From positions 791 through 64,790 of the forward strand of contig CAMBDE010000002.1 in NCBI GenBank assembly GCA_945865295.1: a stretch of DNA of 64,000 nt. Direction: 5' to 3'. The translations under genes and the position numbers were made by a program. Source of the stretch: Chitinophaga pinensis (GTDB taxonomy: Bacteria > Bacteroidota > Bacteroidia > Chitinophagales > Chitinophagaceae). Positions 9,386-19,024 of the stretch are shown here, one piece after another (within the stretch, counting starts at the first letter, position 1; each line of letters begins with the position of its first letter). The notes below the pieces were generated by a model. The model saw nothing but the letters and a program-made list of their open reading frames with translations, was not told the origin of the DNA and did no database searches.

Positions 9386-10915
9386 ATGGCCATATTTGAA
9401 TTTAATTTACCAAAAAGCCTTTCTAAAGCACTTGGTCTTCCAACAAAAAGTCCAAGAACCGCACAAATGCGTGTTTTAAAAAAATTACTTAAAAGAGCAC
9501 GTTACACAGCTTTTGGCCAAAAAAATAAATTCGACGAAATATTGGCTAGTAAACATATTGGGAAAAAGTTCCAAGAAATAGTACCAACTTATAATTACAA
9601 TAAGATCTATAAAGAATGGTGGCATTTAACGCTTGAGGGCCAGCCCGATATTTGTTGGCCAGGAAAGATCAACTATTTTGCTTTAAGCAGCGGTACGAGT
9701 GAAGCTGCAAGTAAGTATATTCCAATTACAAACGACTTATTGAGAGGCAACAAGATCGTCATGATCAAGCAATTGATCAGTTTTTTAAAGTATCGTGAAA
9801 TACCCTTGTCTGCGATGGGGCGTGGATGGCTTACCTTAGGTGGTAGTACAGATTTACAAAAAGGTGCGGGTTATTATGCAGGGGACTTAAGTGGGATCAC
9901 TGCAAAAAAATCTCCTTTTTGGTTTCAACCTTTTTACAAGCCTGGTAAAAAAATTGCCAAAGAGCGCGATTGGAATAAAAAACTAAAAGAGATTGTAGAG
10001 AAAGCACCTGACTGGGATATTAGTTTTGTAGTAGGCGTGCCTGCCTGGATACAAATGTGTTTAGAGATGGTGATAGAGCGCCACAAACTTAACAATATCC
10101 ACGAAATCTGGCCTAATCTAACTTTGTTCGTACACGGTGGGGTAAGTTTTGAGCCCTATAAACATGGTTTTGAAAAGTTATTAGGAAAGCCGATTGAATA
10201 TGTTGAAACCTATTTAGCAAGCGAAGGATTTTTAGCATGGCAGGATAAGCAAAATGCGGTAGGAATGCGCTTAACCTATAACCAACATATCTTTTTTGAA
10301 TTCGTTCCTTTTGACGAAACAAACTTTGATGAAAATGGAGAAATGGTGGATGATCCAGAAACCTTAATGATTCACGAAGTGGAAGAAGGCAGAGATTATG
10401 CGGTTTTGATTAGTACACCTGCCGGTGCATGGCGTTATTTAATTGGAGATACAGTTCGTTTTGTACATAAAGCCAATGCAGAAATTATTATCACAGGGAG
10501 GACAAAACATTTTTTAAGTTTGGTGGGTGAGCATTTGAGTGTGGACAATATGAATAAAGCCATTCAGTTAGTGAGCGAGGAATTGAATTTGTCTATTCCC
10601 GAATATACGGTTACGGGCGAGCCTGATGGAAACTTTTTTGCACACCATTGGTATGTAGCTTGTGATCAAACTATTAACGAAATTTTATTAGCAGAAAAAA
10701 TAGATGAAAAGTTAATTCAACTCAACGATGATTATGCAATTGAGCGAAAAAGTGCACTTAAGTCTATTAAAGTATCTGTGCTCAAAGAAAATTGTTTTAT
10801 GGGATTCATGGAAAGCAAGGGCAAAATTGGTGGACAGCATAAGTTTCCAAGAGTATTAAAAGGTGATATGCTTGCAGACTGGAAGCTATATATTAAAAAT
10901 CAAGGACAATGTTAG
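9386..10915 (+). CDS. GH3 family acyl-adenylate-forming enzyme
   Basis: 'SSGTS' P-loop, 'YLASEG', 'WRYLIGD', 'QHKFPR'. Confidence 0.9.
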   Translation: MAIFEFNLPKSLSKALGLPTKSPRTAQMRVLKKLLKRARYTAFGQKNKFDEILASKHIGKKFQEIVPTYNYNKIYKEWWHLTLEGQPDICWPGKINYFALSSGTSEAASKYIPITNDLLRGNKIVMIKQLISFLKYREIPLSAMGRGWLTLGGSTDLQKGAGYYAGDLSGITAKKSPFWFQPFYKPGKKIAKERDWNKKLKEIVEKAPDWDISFVVGVPAWIQMCLEMVIERHKLNNIHEIWPNLTLFVHGGVSFEPYKHGFEKLLGKPIEYVETYLASEGFLAWQDKQNAVGMRLTYNQHIFFEFVPFDETNFDENGEMVDDPETLMIHEVEEGRDYAVLISTPAGAWRYLIGDTVRFVHKANAEIIITGRTKHFLSLVGEHLSVDNMNKAIQLVSEELNLSIPEYTVTGEPDGNFFAHHWYVACDQTINEILLAEKIDEKLIQLNDDYAIERKSALKSIKVSVLKENCFMGFMESKGKIGGQHKFPRVLKGDMLADWKLYIKNQGQC

Positions 10916-11559
10916 TTGACCCAATTTTAAAAGGTTTGCTATTGGGTTTTATTTTAAGTATTTCCATTGGACCTGTTATTTTCGCAATTATCAAACAAAG
11001 CCTTACCAATGGCAAGCGCTCTGGCTATGCATTTGTAGCAGGCGTTTCGAGCAGTGATTTTATTTTACTTTTTATTTGCAATTTTTTTACTTCTTTATTT
11101 AATCTTGTACTCAACCATAAATCAACGATTGCTTTAGCGGGTGCAGGGTTTTTATTGTTGATGGGTTTATATACTTTATTCTTTAAAAAATTGAAATTAG
11201 AAAACATGGGCACTGACGGTATCCATAAAACCGTTGGCATTAAAGACCTCGTCTCCTCTTATTTTTCTGGCTTCTTAATGAACACACTTAATCCTAGCGT
11301 TTTTTTATTTTGGTTTGCATGGACAGCTGCCATTAATACGAGTGCGGACGATACATCTAATCCGATGCAATATAAATTGATCGTTTTTGGAACCTGTCTT
11401 GGATTTGTATTATTATCTGATTTAATCAAAGTTTTTTTAGCGGGTAAACTAAGACCGAGGTTAACAGAAAAAAGCCTTCTTTGGATCAATCGTGTTTCTG
11501 GAATGATCGTTTTAATCTTCAGCGCGGCACTTTTATATAGTGCTATTTTGATTTATTAG
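10909..11559 (+). CDS. LysE family translocator
   Basis: 'LSISIGPV', 'GFLMNTLNP'; about 6 TM segments; overlaps the GH3 stop. Confidence 0.85.
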   Translation: MLVDPILKGLLLGFILSISIGPVIFAIIKQSLTNGKRSGYAFVAGVSSSDFILLFICNFFTSLFNLVLNHKSTIALAGAGFLLLMGLYTLFFKKLKLENMGTDGIHKTVGIKDLVSSYFSGFLMNTLNPSVFLFWFAWTAAINTSADDTSNPMQYKLIVFGTCLGFVLLSDLIKVFLAGKLRPRLTEKSLLWINRVSGMIVLIFSAALLYSAILIY

Positions 11560-11634
11560 GTCAAGTCCTGCTTCTTTCACAAACATTTATGGCAATATGG
11601 TTCATTTTAGTTGGCTTTATTGTAATTTGGACTT

Positions 11635-12192
11635 GTGAAAAAAGTAACCCTTTTGTTGTTTTGTACCTGCCTATTAGCATTGGCTAATATGGTGGTAGCG
11701 CAATCCGGAAACGTGCTTATTTTAAAAGATAGAGGTGTCACTATTAAGTCATTTACAAAAGACAATTACATTGAATTTGAATTTAGCAATCGTCAGTGGA
11801 TAACAGGACAAATTCAATGGGTCAAAAACGACTCTATTCAAGTTAAACAATATGCACTCCAAACCGCCATGACGGCTTATGGTACTTATGGACAAGACAC
11901 ATTAAAATTGGGAACACTAACATTACACATCAACGAGATTCGGGCATTTGCAAAAGACAAAGGTCGTTACCAAAGTGTTTTTGCCAACGGTGCATTTTTA
12001 AAATATGGAGGCGTTCTATATAGTGGATTAAATATCACCAATTCTATTATTAATAAAGAGGCCGTGTTTAGTTCAAGAAATGTACCCTCTATTGCAGGTG
12101 GGATAGTTGCTTATTTTATAGGAAGGTGGATGAGTAAAAAGAATCCACCTTACAGGCCAATTGGCAAAAGATTTAGTGTAGAAATTTTGTAA
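11635..12192 (+). CDS. Hypothetical exported protein
   Basis: Signal-peptide-like N-terminus; promoter-like TAATTTGG 4 nt before the GTG. Confidence 0.7.
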   Translation: MKKVTLLLFCTCLLALANMVVAQSGNVLILKDRGVTIKSFTKDNYIEFEFSNRQWITGQIQWVKNDSIQVKQYALQTAMTAYGTYGQDTLKLGTLTLHINEIRAFAKDKGRYQSVFANGAFLKYGGVLYSGLNITNSIINKEAVFSSRNVPSIAGGIVAYFIGRWMSKKNPPYRPIGKRFSVEIL

Positions 12193-12232
12193 GCCTGGAT
12201 TATTTAAAAAACAGAAATTACATTCACTATTA

Positions 12233-12940
12233 TTGATTTACATTTTGATTAAAAAAATTAAGCGCATCATTTGGTATTTGTTTATTAGTTCATTACTCTA
12301 TGTAGTTATTTTGCGTTTTGTATTTCCACCTATTACCATTACCCAGTTCACCAATGTATTTGGCTTAGGATTAAAGAGAGACTATATTGCCTGGGAGGCT
12401 CTTTCTTATAATATTAAACTAGCCGCAATAGCTAGTGAGGATCAGGCTTTCCCCGATCATATCGGGGTAGACTGGGAGGCCATGGAAAGAAGTTTCAAAA
12501 CAAAAAAGAAAAAAAAGAAATCTAGAATTCCGCTTGGAGGAGGAGCAAGTACCATTACACAACAGGTTGCTAAAAATGTATTCTTATGGCAAGGCGGTCA
12601 ATATGATAAATACATTCGTAAACTACCTGAATTTTATTTTACTTTTTTAATTGAACTTGTTTGGGGCAAAAAAAGAATTTTAGAAATGTATTTAAATGTG
12701 ATAGAAACTGGTCCTGGTTGTTTTGGTGTTGAAGCAGCCGCACAATATTATTTTAAAAAATCAGCAAAAAATTTAACACGTGCCGAAGCTGCAATGATTA
12801 TTGCAGGCCTTCCTAATCCCAAGAAATTCACAGCGCGTCCAATGACAAAAAGAGTTGCATGGCGTTATCCACAAATACTAAGAGAAATGAACAATTTGGA
12901 AGGGGATGAGGCTATTCGAGATTTAATTAGAAAAAAATAG
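12233..12940 (+). CDS. mtgA: Monofunctional peptidoglycan transglycosylase
   Basis: GT51 motifs 'ASEDQAF', 'GASTITQQVAKN', 'KRILEMYLN', 'LPNP'; start uncertain. Confidence 0.92.
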   Translation: MIYILIKKIKRIIWYLFISSLLYVVILRFVFPPITITQFTNVFGLGLKRDYIAWEALSYNIKLAAIASEDQAFPDHIGVDWEAMERSFKTKKKKKKSRIPLGGGASTITQQVAKNVFLWQGGQYDKYIRKLPEFYFTFLIELVWGKKRILEMYLNVIETGPGCFGVEAAAQYYFKKSAKNLTRAEAAMIIAGLPNPKKFTARPMTKRVAWRYPQILREMNNLEGDEAIRDLIRKK

Positions 12941-12946
12941 CCGGGT

Positions 12947-13029
12947 TTATCCACCAGCTCATGCACAATTTTTAATTCGAAGTGGATGATTGTGTATAAA
13001 GCCAGTCGGCTTGTGAATTATTTTCCACT
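12947..13029. promoter_or_regulatory. Cluster of six DnaA-box-like 9-mers
   Basis: TTATCCACC, TCATGCACA, TCATCCACT(-), TTATACACA(-), TAATTCACA(-), TTTTCCACT within 83 bp. Confidence 0.6.
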
Positions 13030-13030
13030 T

Positions 13031-13600
13031 TTAAATTTTCGGGAGTTTTTGGTTGATCAGTTGAATGGCATTTGCTATGCGTTGGTCACCCGATCCAGAC
13101 ACAATCCCCCATGGTGTTTTTTGATTGATCAAAAGTTCTTTGTAAAGGGTAAATAGTTCGAGTCTAGGACCGGCATCTGGATATTCACGCATTTCGTCTT
13201 CAGCCCATGGTAGGTCTATATCACAGAGTAAGTATAAATCATAATTTCGTTGATTGATTTGTTCTAAAATATAGTGATGACAATTATTAAACACATATTC
13301 ACACCATACTTTCATCACATACATATCTGTGTCCACAATTAATTTATTTGTGGTTGCCTCAGCTTGATTGTCTTCGTTTTTTTGTTCTAATAATTCAATT
13401 GATTTGTCTTCGTTTTTTATTTGGCCCTTTGCGATGATTAATAAATCATCATAGGTATACTTAGTTCCATGTTCAGCTAAAAACTGTCTTGCATATTCAG
13501 GTGTCCAAATAGTTTGATAGTGCGCCGCGAGTGCTGCACAAAGTGTGGACTTACCTGTTGACTCTGGACCTAGAACAACTATTTTTTGAATTGGTTTCAT
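13031..13600 (-). CDS. NadR-like ribosylnicotinamide kinase / AAA_28 P-loop protein
   Basis: 'GPESTGKST', 'PEYAR', 'DTD', 'DLPW'; coupled to pnuC. Confidence 0.85.
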   Translation of the reverse strand: MKPIQKIVVLGPESTGKSTLCAALAAHYQTIWTPEYARQFLAEHGTKYTYDDLLIIAKGQIKNEDKSIELLEQKNEDNQAEATTNKLIVDTDMYVMKVWCEYVFNNCHHYILEQINQRNYDLYLLCDIDLPWAEDEMREYPDAGPRLELFTLYKELLINQKTPWGIVSGSGDQRIANAIQLINQKLPKI

Positions 13601-14214
13601 TGTTTCGCTTTTTTATTCCAAGTAATTAAACCTGCTATTGATAAAATTAATAAAACTATAAATTGAAAACTTGTAAACGCATATCCCTTGATAAAATAAA
13701 GTGGTATCGATGTAATATTCGTGATAATCCACCAGATCCAGCTTTCCACTTTTTTCTTTGCCATCAACCACATTGCTGTATAAGCAGATGCGCTTGCTAA
13801 TGCGTCTGCCCATGGAATTGCATCTGGCGCAAAATTGTTTTTTAAAAATTCTAGTACAAAAAACAAGATGGCATAAAATCCGATAAAAACAAAAACCTGT
13901 TGGAGTCTTTGTGTGGTATTGCTAATGGTGATCTGTAATGCATTGGTGACCTGATCTTCTTTTTTTCTTGACCACCAATACCAGCCATAGATACTCATGA
14001 TGGTATAATATAAATTTACGCTTGCCTCTCCTAATAAATGTCCTTTATAACTTAGATAAATAAATAGGCTTGTGTTAATGATGCCGGTAGGAAACACTAA
14101 AATATTTTCTTTGCGGCTATACCAAACTGAAACAATACCCATGATCACCGCCACAGCTTCTAGCCATGTTGTTTGAACTAACCCATTGTAAACTGCTATA
14201 AAAAAATCATTCAT
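13597..14214 (-). CDS. pnuC: PnuC-family (nicotinamide riboside) transporter
   Basis: 'YGWYWW', 'WLMAKKKVESWIWW'; hydrophobic profile. Confidence 0.88.
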   Translation of the reverse strand: MNDFFIAVYNGLVQTTWLEAVAVIMGIVSVWYSRKENILVFPTGIINTSLFIYLSYKGHLLGEASVNLYYTIMSIYGWYWWSRKKEDQVTNALQITISNTTQRLQQVFVFIGFYAILFFVLEFLKNNFAPDAIPWADALASASAYTAMWLMAKKKVESWIWWIITNITSIPLYFIKGYAFTSFQFIVLLILSIAGLITWNKKAKQ

Positions 14215-14217
14215 AAA

Positions 14218-16254
14218 CTAGGATGCTTTCATTTTTTCTAATTGTAATTCCATTCTGAACATTTCGTCACGCAGTTTTGCAGCCTCCATAAAGTCCATTG
14301 CCTTCGCCATTTTTTCCATTTGCTTTTTTGTTTGCAAAATCGCTTTCTCCATTTGTGGTATGGTTTGATATTGACTGTTTGGTTCTGCTACCATATTCAA
14401 TTCATCTGTAGTTCGAATGTTGATATTGTCTTGACTAAATCCTTTGATATCCAATACTGCCGTTTGTTTCATCACTTGTTCTATTGATTTTACAATAGTG
14501 GTGGGTGTAATATTGTGTTCAATATTGTATTGAATTTGTTTTGCTCTTCGACGATCGGTTTCATCCATGGTGCGTTGCATGCTCATTGTAATTTTGTCGC
14601 CATAAAATATAACACGACCACGCACATTTCTTGCGGCACGACCCGATGTTTGGGTGAGTGATTTTTCATTTCTTAAAAATCCTTCTTTATCTGCGTCCAG
14701 CACCACTACCAATGAAACTTCTGGCAAATCCAAGCCCTCTCTTAATAAATTCACGCCCACTAATACATCAATCACCCCAAGTCTTAATTCTCTCAAAATT
14801 TCCACACGCTCTAATGCATCTATATCGCTATGGATATATTTAGATTTGATGTTGATTTTAGATAGATAGCGATCCATCTCCTCGGCCATCTTTTTAGTTA
14901 AAGTGGTCACCAACACACGATCGCCCATATCTACCTGCATCGCTATTTCATCTAATAAATCATCAATCTGATTTTTAGTTGGGCGCACTTCTATTGGTGG
15001 ATCCAACAAGCCAGTTGGGCGTACCACCTGCTCTACAATTAATCCATCTGTTTTTTCTAGTTCATATTCACCCGGTGTAGCACTCACAAAAATGGTTTGT
15101 CCAATCACCCGCTCAAACTCATTAAAATTAAGTGGCCTATTGTCAATCGCACTTGGAAGTCTAAAACCAAATTCAACTAAGTTCATTTTTCTACTTCTAT
15201 CCCCCCCATACATCCCTGTTATTTGTGGTATGGTTACATGGCTTTCATCGATCACACATAAAAAGTCTTTTGGAAAATAATCCAATAAGCAGAACGGCCT
15301 TGTACCTGGCTTGCGTCGGTCAAAAAATCTAGAATAGTTTTCGATCCCCGTACAATAACCCAATTCTCTAATCATCTCTATATCGTATTCAACTCTTTCC
15401 TTTATCCTTGCAGCTTCTTGATGTTTTCCGACATTTTTAAAATACTCGACCTGTGCGAGCAACTCGTCCTGAATTTCTATAATGATTTCTTGTAGCATTT
15501 CTTTTGGTGCCATGTATAAATTTGCAGGAAAGATGGCGGCGTTCTCCATGGGCTCAATTCTTTTTCCTGTTTCAATTTCTATACTTTCAATGGCTTCAAT
15601 TTCATCACCAAAAAAAGTAATGCGGTATCCATAATCTACATAGGGCAGTCGAATGTCGATTGTGTCTCCGTTCACTCTAAAAGCACCACGATCAAATTCA
15701 GTTACAGATCGGTGGTACAAACTATTCACGAGCGCGTGTAAAAATGCTTGACGGGATAAAATTTGACCTTGGTGAATTCGAATGATGCCGTTTTCATATT
15801 CGGTTGGATTACCCATACCATAAATACAACTCACACTCGCCACAATAATAATATCTCTTCGGCCACTTAGTAATTGTGCAGTTGCTTGAAGCCTTAGCTT
15901 ATCAAGTTCTTCATTAATGCTTAAATCTTTTTCGATATATACACCCGATGTGGGTAGATACGCTTCTGGTTGATAGTAATCATAATAAGACACAAAATAA
16001 CCTACTGCATTATCAGGAAAGAATTGTTTAAACTCTCCATACAATTGAGCAACCAATGTCTTGTTGTGGGTAAGGACTAGCGTGGGGCGTTGTACGTTTT
16101 GAATTAAATTGGCAATGGTAAAAGTTTTACCAGAACCCGTCACGCCCAAGAGTGTTTGTTGCATGTCTCCATTCTGCACACCCTCGGTCAATTGCGCAAT
16201 TGCAGTTGGCTGATCGCCCGAGGGTGTATAGTTGGAATGAAGTTTAAAAGGCAT
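14218..16254 (-). CDS. uvrB: Excinuclease ABC subunit B
   Basis: 'LGVTGSGKT', 'FVSYYDYYQPEAY', 'DESH', 'GRAAR'; ATG at 16254. Confidence 0.98.
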   Translation of the reverse strand: MPFKLHSNYTPSGDQPTAIAQLTEGVQNGDMQQTLLGVTGSGKTFTIANLIQNVQRPTLVLTHNKTLVAQLYGEFKQFFPDNAVGYFVSYYDYYQPEAYLPTSGVYIEKDLSINEELDKLRLQATAQLLSGRRDIIIVASVSCIYGMGNPTEYENGIIRIHQGQILSRQAFLHALVNSLYHRSVTEFDRGAFRVNGDTIDIRLPYVDYGYRITFFGDEIEAIESIEIETGKRIEPMENAAIFPANLYMAPKEMLQEIIIEIQDELLAQVEYFKNVGKHQEAARIKERVEYDIEMIRELGYCTGIENYSRFFDRRKPGTRPFCLLDYFPKDFLCVIDESHVTIPQITGMYGGDRSRKMNLVEFGFRLPSAIDNRPLNFNEFERVIGQTIFVSATPGEYELEKTDGLIVEQVVRPTGLLDPPIEVRPTKNQIDDLLDEIAMQVDMGDRVLVTTLTKKMAEEMDRYLSKINIKSKYIHSDIDALERVEILRELRLGVIDVLVGVNLLREGLDLPEVSLVVVLDADKEGFLRNEKSLTQTSGRAARNVRGRVIFYGDKITMSMQRTMDETDRRRAKQIQYNIEHNITPTTIVKSIEQVMKQTAVLDIKGFSQDNINIRTTDELNMVAEPNSQYQTIPQMEKAILQTKKQMEKMAKAMDFMEAAKLRDEMFRMELQLEKMKAS

Positions 16255-16300
16255 GCACAAAGGTAAGCGCAAACCTTAAATAAGTTTCGTTAAAAACAGT

Positions 16301-18508
16301 TTAAAGTGTTTCTAAATAATTAGCCAACCTGTTGATTGCTGCGGCTACTTCTTCAATTTGAGTCCTTGTTTCAGACCAATCTTTTTGTTCAATTGCTTCA
16401 CGAACACCTGGTATTGTTTTAACCCCATAACCAGTATAAAAGCCTGGTGCGTATAAACTATGTTTGTACCATGGTCTACGCGGCAAGCCCTTTGTCATTA
16501 ATAAGGTTTGTTCTGCTGCATAAATTTTTGCATTAATTGTAGCAAGTTTTTGTGCATCCGCATTTGCTTTTATTTGCTCTACCTGTTCTGCTGATTTTTC
16601 TAAACGCGTTAATGCATTTAATATCGATGCAAAATCAACATAAGGAATATCTTCAACCGTTGTTGGTAATTTTAGTCCCTCTGTAGGATCTGCCGCAACG
16701 GCATACGCTTTTGTGTTGACTAATTCGTTTTCCACTTTTGCTTTTTCGCGCATTTGATCTACATTATTCATTAACTCGGCAATGTACCCTTTCACTGTTT
16801 TATGTAAGGCTGTAAAATCAAATGGTAAAGCGTCTGCCTCGGATAACCTTAATGCTGCGCGTCCTGCTGTTTGTGCAAGTGTGACACCATAGGCAAATCC
16901 AGGATCTTTGTATTTTGAATAATGATCATAGGAATCATAAATGGAGTGGTATTCTCCACCTTCGTTTTCTCCACCAAATCCAATATTTAAAGAAGGAACA
17001 CCTACGTGTTGAATAAAGGAAGAATAATCAGACCCCGATCCCATAGCGCCTAGTGGATAACTGGTGCTATTTAAGATTTCTTTTTTGGCCGCAGTGGTGG
17101 TTGCTTCTGTTGCTCGATTAGCTCTTTGTCTTTCAAAAATAGTGACGCCTGTTTGAGGGTCTTGTATGGATTTACTAATCTCAGTAATTAAACCCGTGAA
17201 GGCATGAGAGCCTTCGGCACCTAAGAAGCCTCTACCGTTTCCATCTGAATTAATATAGGCTACTGCTTTTGCTTGTAAAGACGCTGCATGTTCTTCGACC
17301 CACTCTACAGAACCCATCAATCCTTGTTCTTCTGCATCCCATGCACAATACACAAGTGTTCTTTTTGGTTTCCAACCTGATTTAACCATGGACCCAATTG
17401 CGTAAGCCTCTTCTAGTTCTGCGGCCATGCCACTAACTGGGTCATTTGCGCCATTTACCCAGGCATCATGGTGATTTCCTCTAATCACCCACTGGTCTGG
17501 ATATTGGCTACCCTGTATTGTTGCAATCACGTTGTATGCAGGGCGTAATTTCCAATCAAAATCCAATTTTAAATGCACTTTAGATTTACTTGGACCTATA
17601 TGATAGGTAAAAGGCAGACCGCCTCTCCAAGATTTTGGTGCCACTGGACCAGCCATGTCTTGTAATAAAGGCGCGGCATCGCTATAACTAATTGGAAGAA
17701 CGGGAATTTTCAACAAATTCTCTGCATCATTGTGGTCAACCCTTGGGGCCCCGTCAACAGAAGCATAGTTGGGTGTACTAGGATCTCCAGGATAAATTAC
17801 CATATCCATAATAGAGCCTCTTTGAACACCATATTTATTTTTAAACGGTCCTGCTGGATAAACATCGCCTGCGCCATAGCCATCGTCTTGTGGATCTGAA
17901 TAAATTAAACAACCAATGGCACCATGTTCTTGTGCAACTTTTGGCTTAATGCCTCTCCAACTTCTACCATATTTTGCAATTACGATTTTACCTTTTACAT
18001 CGATACCATATTTTGCAAGGGTTTCATAATCTTCTGGTAAACCATAGTTCACAAAAACCAACTCAGCATTAACATCACCATCTGCACTCCAACAATTATA
18101 CGTTGGTAGTTGATCTGCTTGTCCAGACGTGGCATCTTCTTTTAAAGCGGGTTCTTTTAATAAGGCCTTAAAATTAGTTGCGCCCTTCATTTCTAATACG
18201 CGCGTGATAGGTGTTGGAAACAATAATTGATAGGTCACAATTTTTGTATCCCATCCTGCGGCTTTAAATTGTGTAGCAATATCATCGGCAACGAACTTTC
18301 CGCCAACAGAACCAATATGGTGTGGCACAGAAGACATTCGTTTAATATTTTCGCCAATTCTTTTTGCGCTTAATTGACTATCAAAACGCGCCTCCAATTT
18401 TTTCTGAGCCTCTGCGTTTTTAAATCCTGTAAATTGTTGTGCAACACTATTCATGCTTAGGTTCAACATGATTGCGCAAAACAACCCTATTTTATTTAGG
18501 TTTTGCAT
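16301..18508 (-). CDS. M28 glutamate carboxypeptidase II-like peptidase (PA and TfR dimerisation domains)
   Basis: 'GNHHDAW', 'GANDP', 'WDAEEQG', 'GSGSDY', 'YHS'; signal peptide. Confidence 0.92.
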   Translation of the reverse strand: MQNLNKIGLFCAIMLNLSMNSVAQQFTGFKNAEAQKKLEARFDSQLSAKRIGENIKRMSSVPHHIGSVGGKFVADDIATQFKAAGWDTKIVTYQLLFPTPITRVLEMKGATNFKALLKEPALKEDATSGQADQLPTYNCWSADGDVNAELVFVNYGLPEDYETLAKYGIDVKGKIVIAKYGRSWRGIKPKVAQEHGAIGCLIYSDPQDDGYGAGDVYPAGPFKNKYGVQRGSIMDMVIYPGDPSTPNYASVDGAPRVDHNDAENLLKIPVLPISYSDAAPLLQDMAGPVAPKSWRGGLPFTYHIGPSKSKVHLKLDFDWKLRPAYNVIATIQGSQYPDQWVIRGNHHDAWVNGANDPVSGMAAELEEAYAIGSMVKSGWKPKRTLVYCAWDAEEQGLMGSVEWVEEHAASLQAKAVAYINSDGNGRGFLGAEGSHAFTGLITEISKSIQDPQTGVTIFERQRANRATEATTTAAKKEILNSTSYPLGAMGSGSDYSSFIQHVGVPSLNIGFGGENEGGEYHSIYDSYDHYSKYKDPGFAYGVTLAQTAGRAALRLSEADALPFDFTALHKTVKGYIAELMNNVDQMREKAKVENELVNTKAYAVAADPTEGLKLPTTVEDIPYVDFASILNALTRLEKSAEQVEQIKANADAQKLATINAKIYAAEQTLLMTKGLPRRPWYKHSLYAPGFYTGYGVKTIPGVREAIEQKDWSETRTQIEEVAAAINRLANYLETL

Positions 18509-18554
18509 AATTGTTTTTTTATTAGTTTGATACAAAAGATGATTTAAAATTTAT

Positions 18555-19007
18555 TTATACTTTTCTATTTAAATAATTCACATAATTAGGAAGTTCATAT
18601 TGATATTCCCCTTGCATAAAAGGTGATGTCACTAAAAAATCGGCTGTGGTTCTGTCGCATGCCATTGGAAGGTTCCATGCTACTGCAAGCCTTAATAAAG
18701 CTTTTATATCACTATCATGTGGTTGTGCTTCCATGGGATCAAAAAAGAAAAAAATCATATCAATATCGCCTGTTGCAATCATAGCGCCAATTTGTTGGTC
18801 ACCGCCCAGGGGTCCGCTTAATAGTTTAACCACAGGCCGATCTAATGCTTCTTCAATTAATCTACCTGTTGTTCCTGTTGCAATTAAACTATGTTTAGAC
18901 AACACTATTTTATTGTGCACCGCCCATTCAATGATATCCTTTTTTTTATTATCATGCGCAATCAGTGCAATTTTTTTTCTTTTTTCTAGTTTTCGGGTGG
19001 CTTTCAT
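18555..19007 (-). CDS. mgsA: Methylglyoxal synthase
   Basis: 'IALIAHD', 'ATGTTG', 'SGPLGGDQQIG', 'PHDSD'. Confidence 0.96.
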   Translation of the reverse strand: MKATRKLEKRKKIALIAHDNKKKDIIEWAVHNKIVLSKHSLIATGTTGRLIEEALDRPVVKLLSGPLGGDQQIGAMIATGDIDMIFFFFDPMEAQPHDSDIKALLRLAVAWNLPMACDRTTADFLVTSPFMQGEYQYELPNYVNYLNRKV

Positions 19008-19024
19008 TGTAAAAATTTAAATCA

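Noticed and set aside
7437-14214. TPP riboswitch near thiL or pnuC
   Set aside because: No TPP core (CUGAGA) seen in the very short upstream gaps.
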